Shown here: piece by piece, positions 63,930 to 64,000 of the stretch | Layout of the letters: every line of letters starts with the position of its first letter | Position numbering within the stretch: position 1 is the first letter of the stretch | Source of the DNA: the human T2T-CHM13v2.0 reference genome, Homo sapiens | Assembly: GCF_009914755.1 (NCBI RefSeq) | Contig: NC_060947.1 | Length of the DNA stretch: 64,000 nucleotides | Reading direction: 5' to 3' (one strand) | Position numbers and translations under genes: made by a program | Notes under the pieces: generated by a model | The model's input: only the letters and a program-made list of their open reading frames with translations | What the model was told of the DNA's origin: nothing | Databases searched by the model: none

Positions 63930-64000
63930 AATTTTGTTTTGTTTTGTTTTGAGACTGAGTCTTGCTCTGTTGCCTAGGCTGGAGTGCAGTGGCATGATCT
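63930..64000 (-). mobile_element. Alu, partial at the window edge
   Basis: (GTTTT)n followed by gagactgagtcttgctctgttgcc. Confidence 0.9.

Overview
Human genomic DNA (two AluYb8 copies, a human-lineage Alu subfamily), AT-rich and dominated by transposable elements. It contains no intact protein-coding gene, rRNA, tRNA or CRISPR array that I can support. Main landmarks: (1) a decayed, full-length processed pseudogene of SKP2 (~13809-17193, +) with 5'UTR, disrupted CDS, long 3'UTR and poly(A); (2) a 6.4-kb deleted-type HERV-H provirus with LTR7 LTRs (17279-23708, +), inserted with a 5-bp GAGAC TSD into an AluY-like element that itself sits in the pseudogene poly(A) tail; (3) a complete THE1 MaLR provirus (31281-33519); (4) a full-length but dead L1PA13-like LINE (~48543-55720) splitting a MER6 DNA transposon; (5) about 25 Alus, several solo LTRs, L1/L2/MIR fragments and local tandem duplications. 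The structures not explained by known repeats are a degenerate ~118-bp tandem array at 4.46-4.82 kb, a stop-terminated open frame with AATAAA at the left edge, and a speculative phase-compatible chain of minus-strand micro-exons. I found no convincing evidence of a wholly new biological system. Family and subfamily names come from recalled consensus sequences, not from a search, and counts were made by hand.
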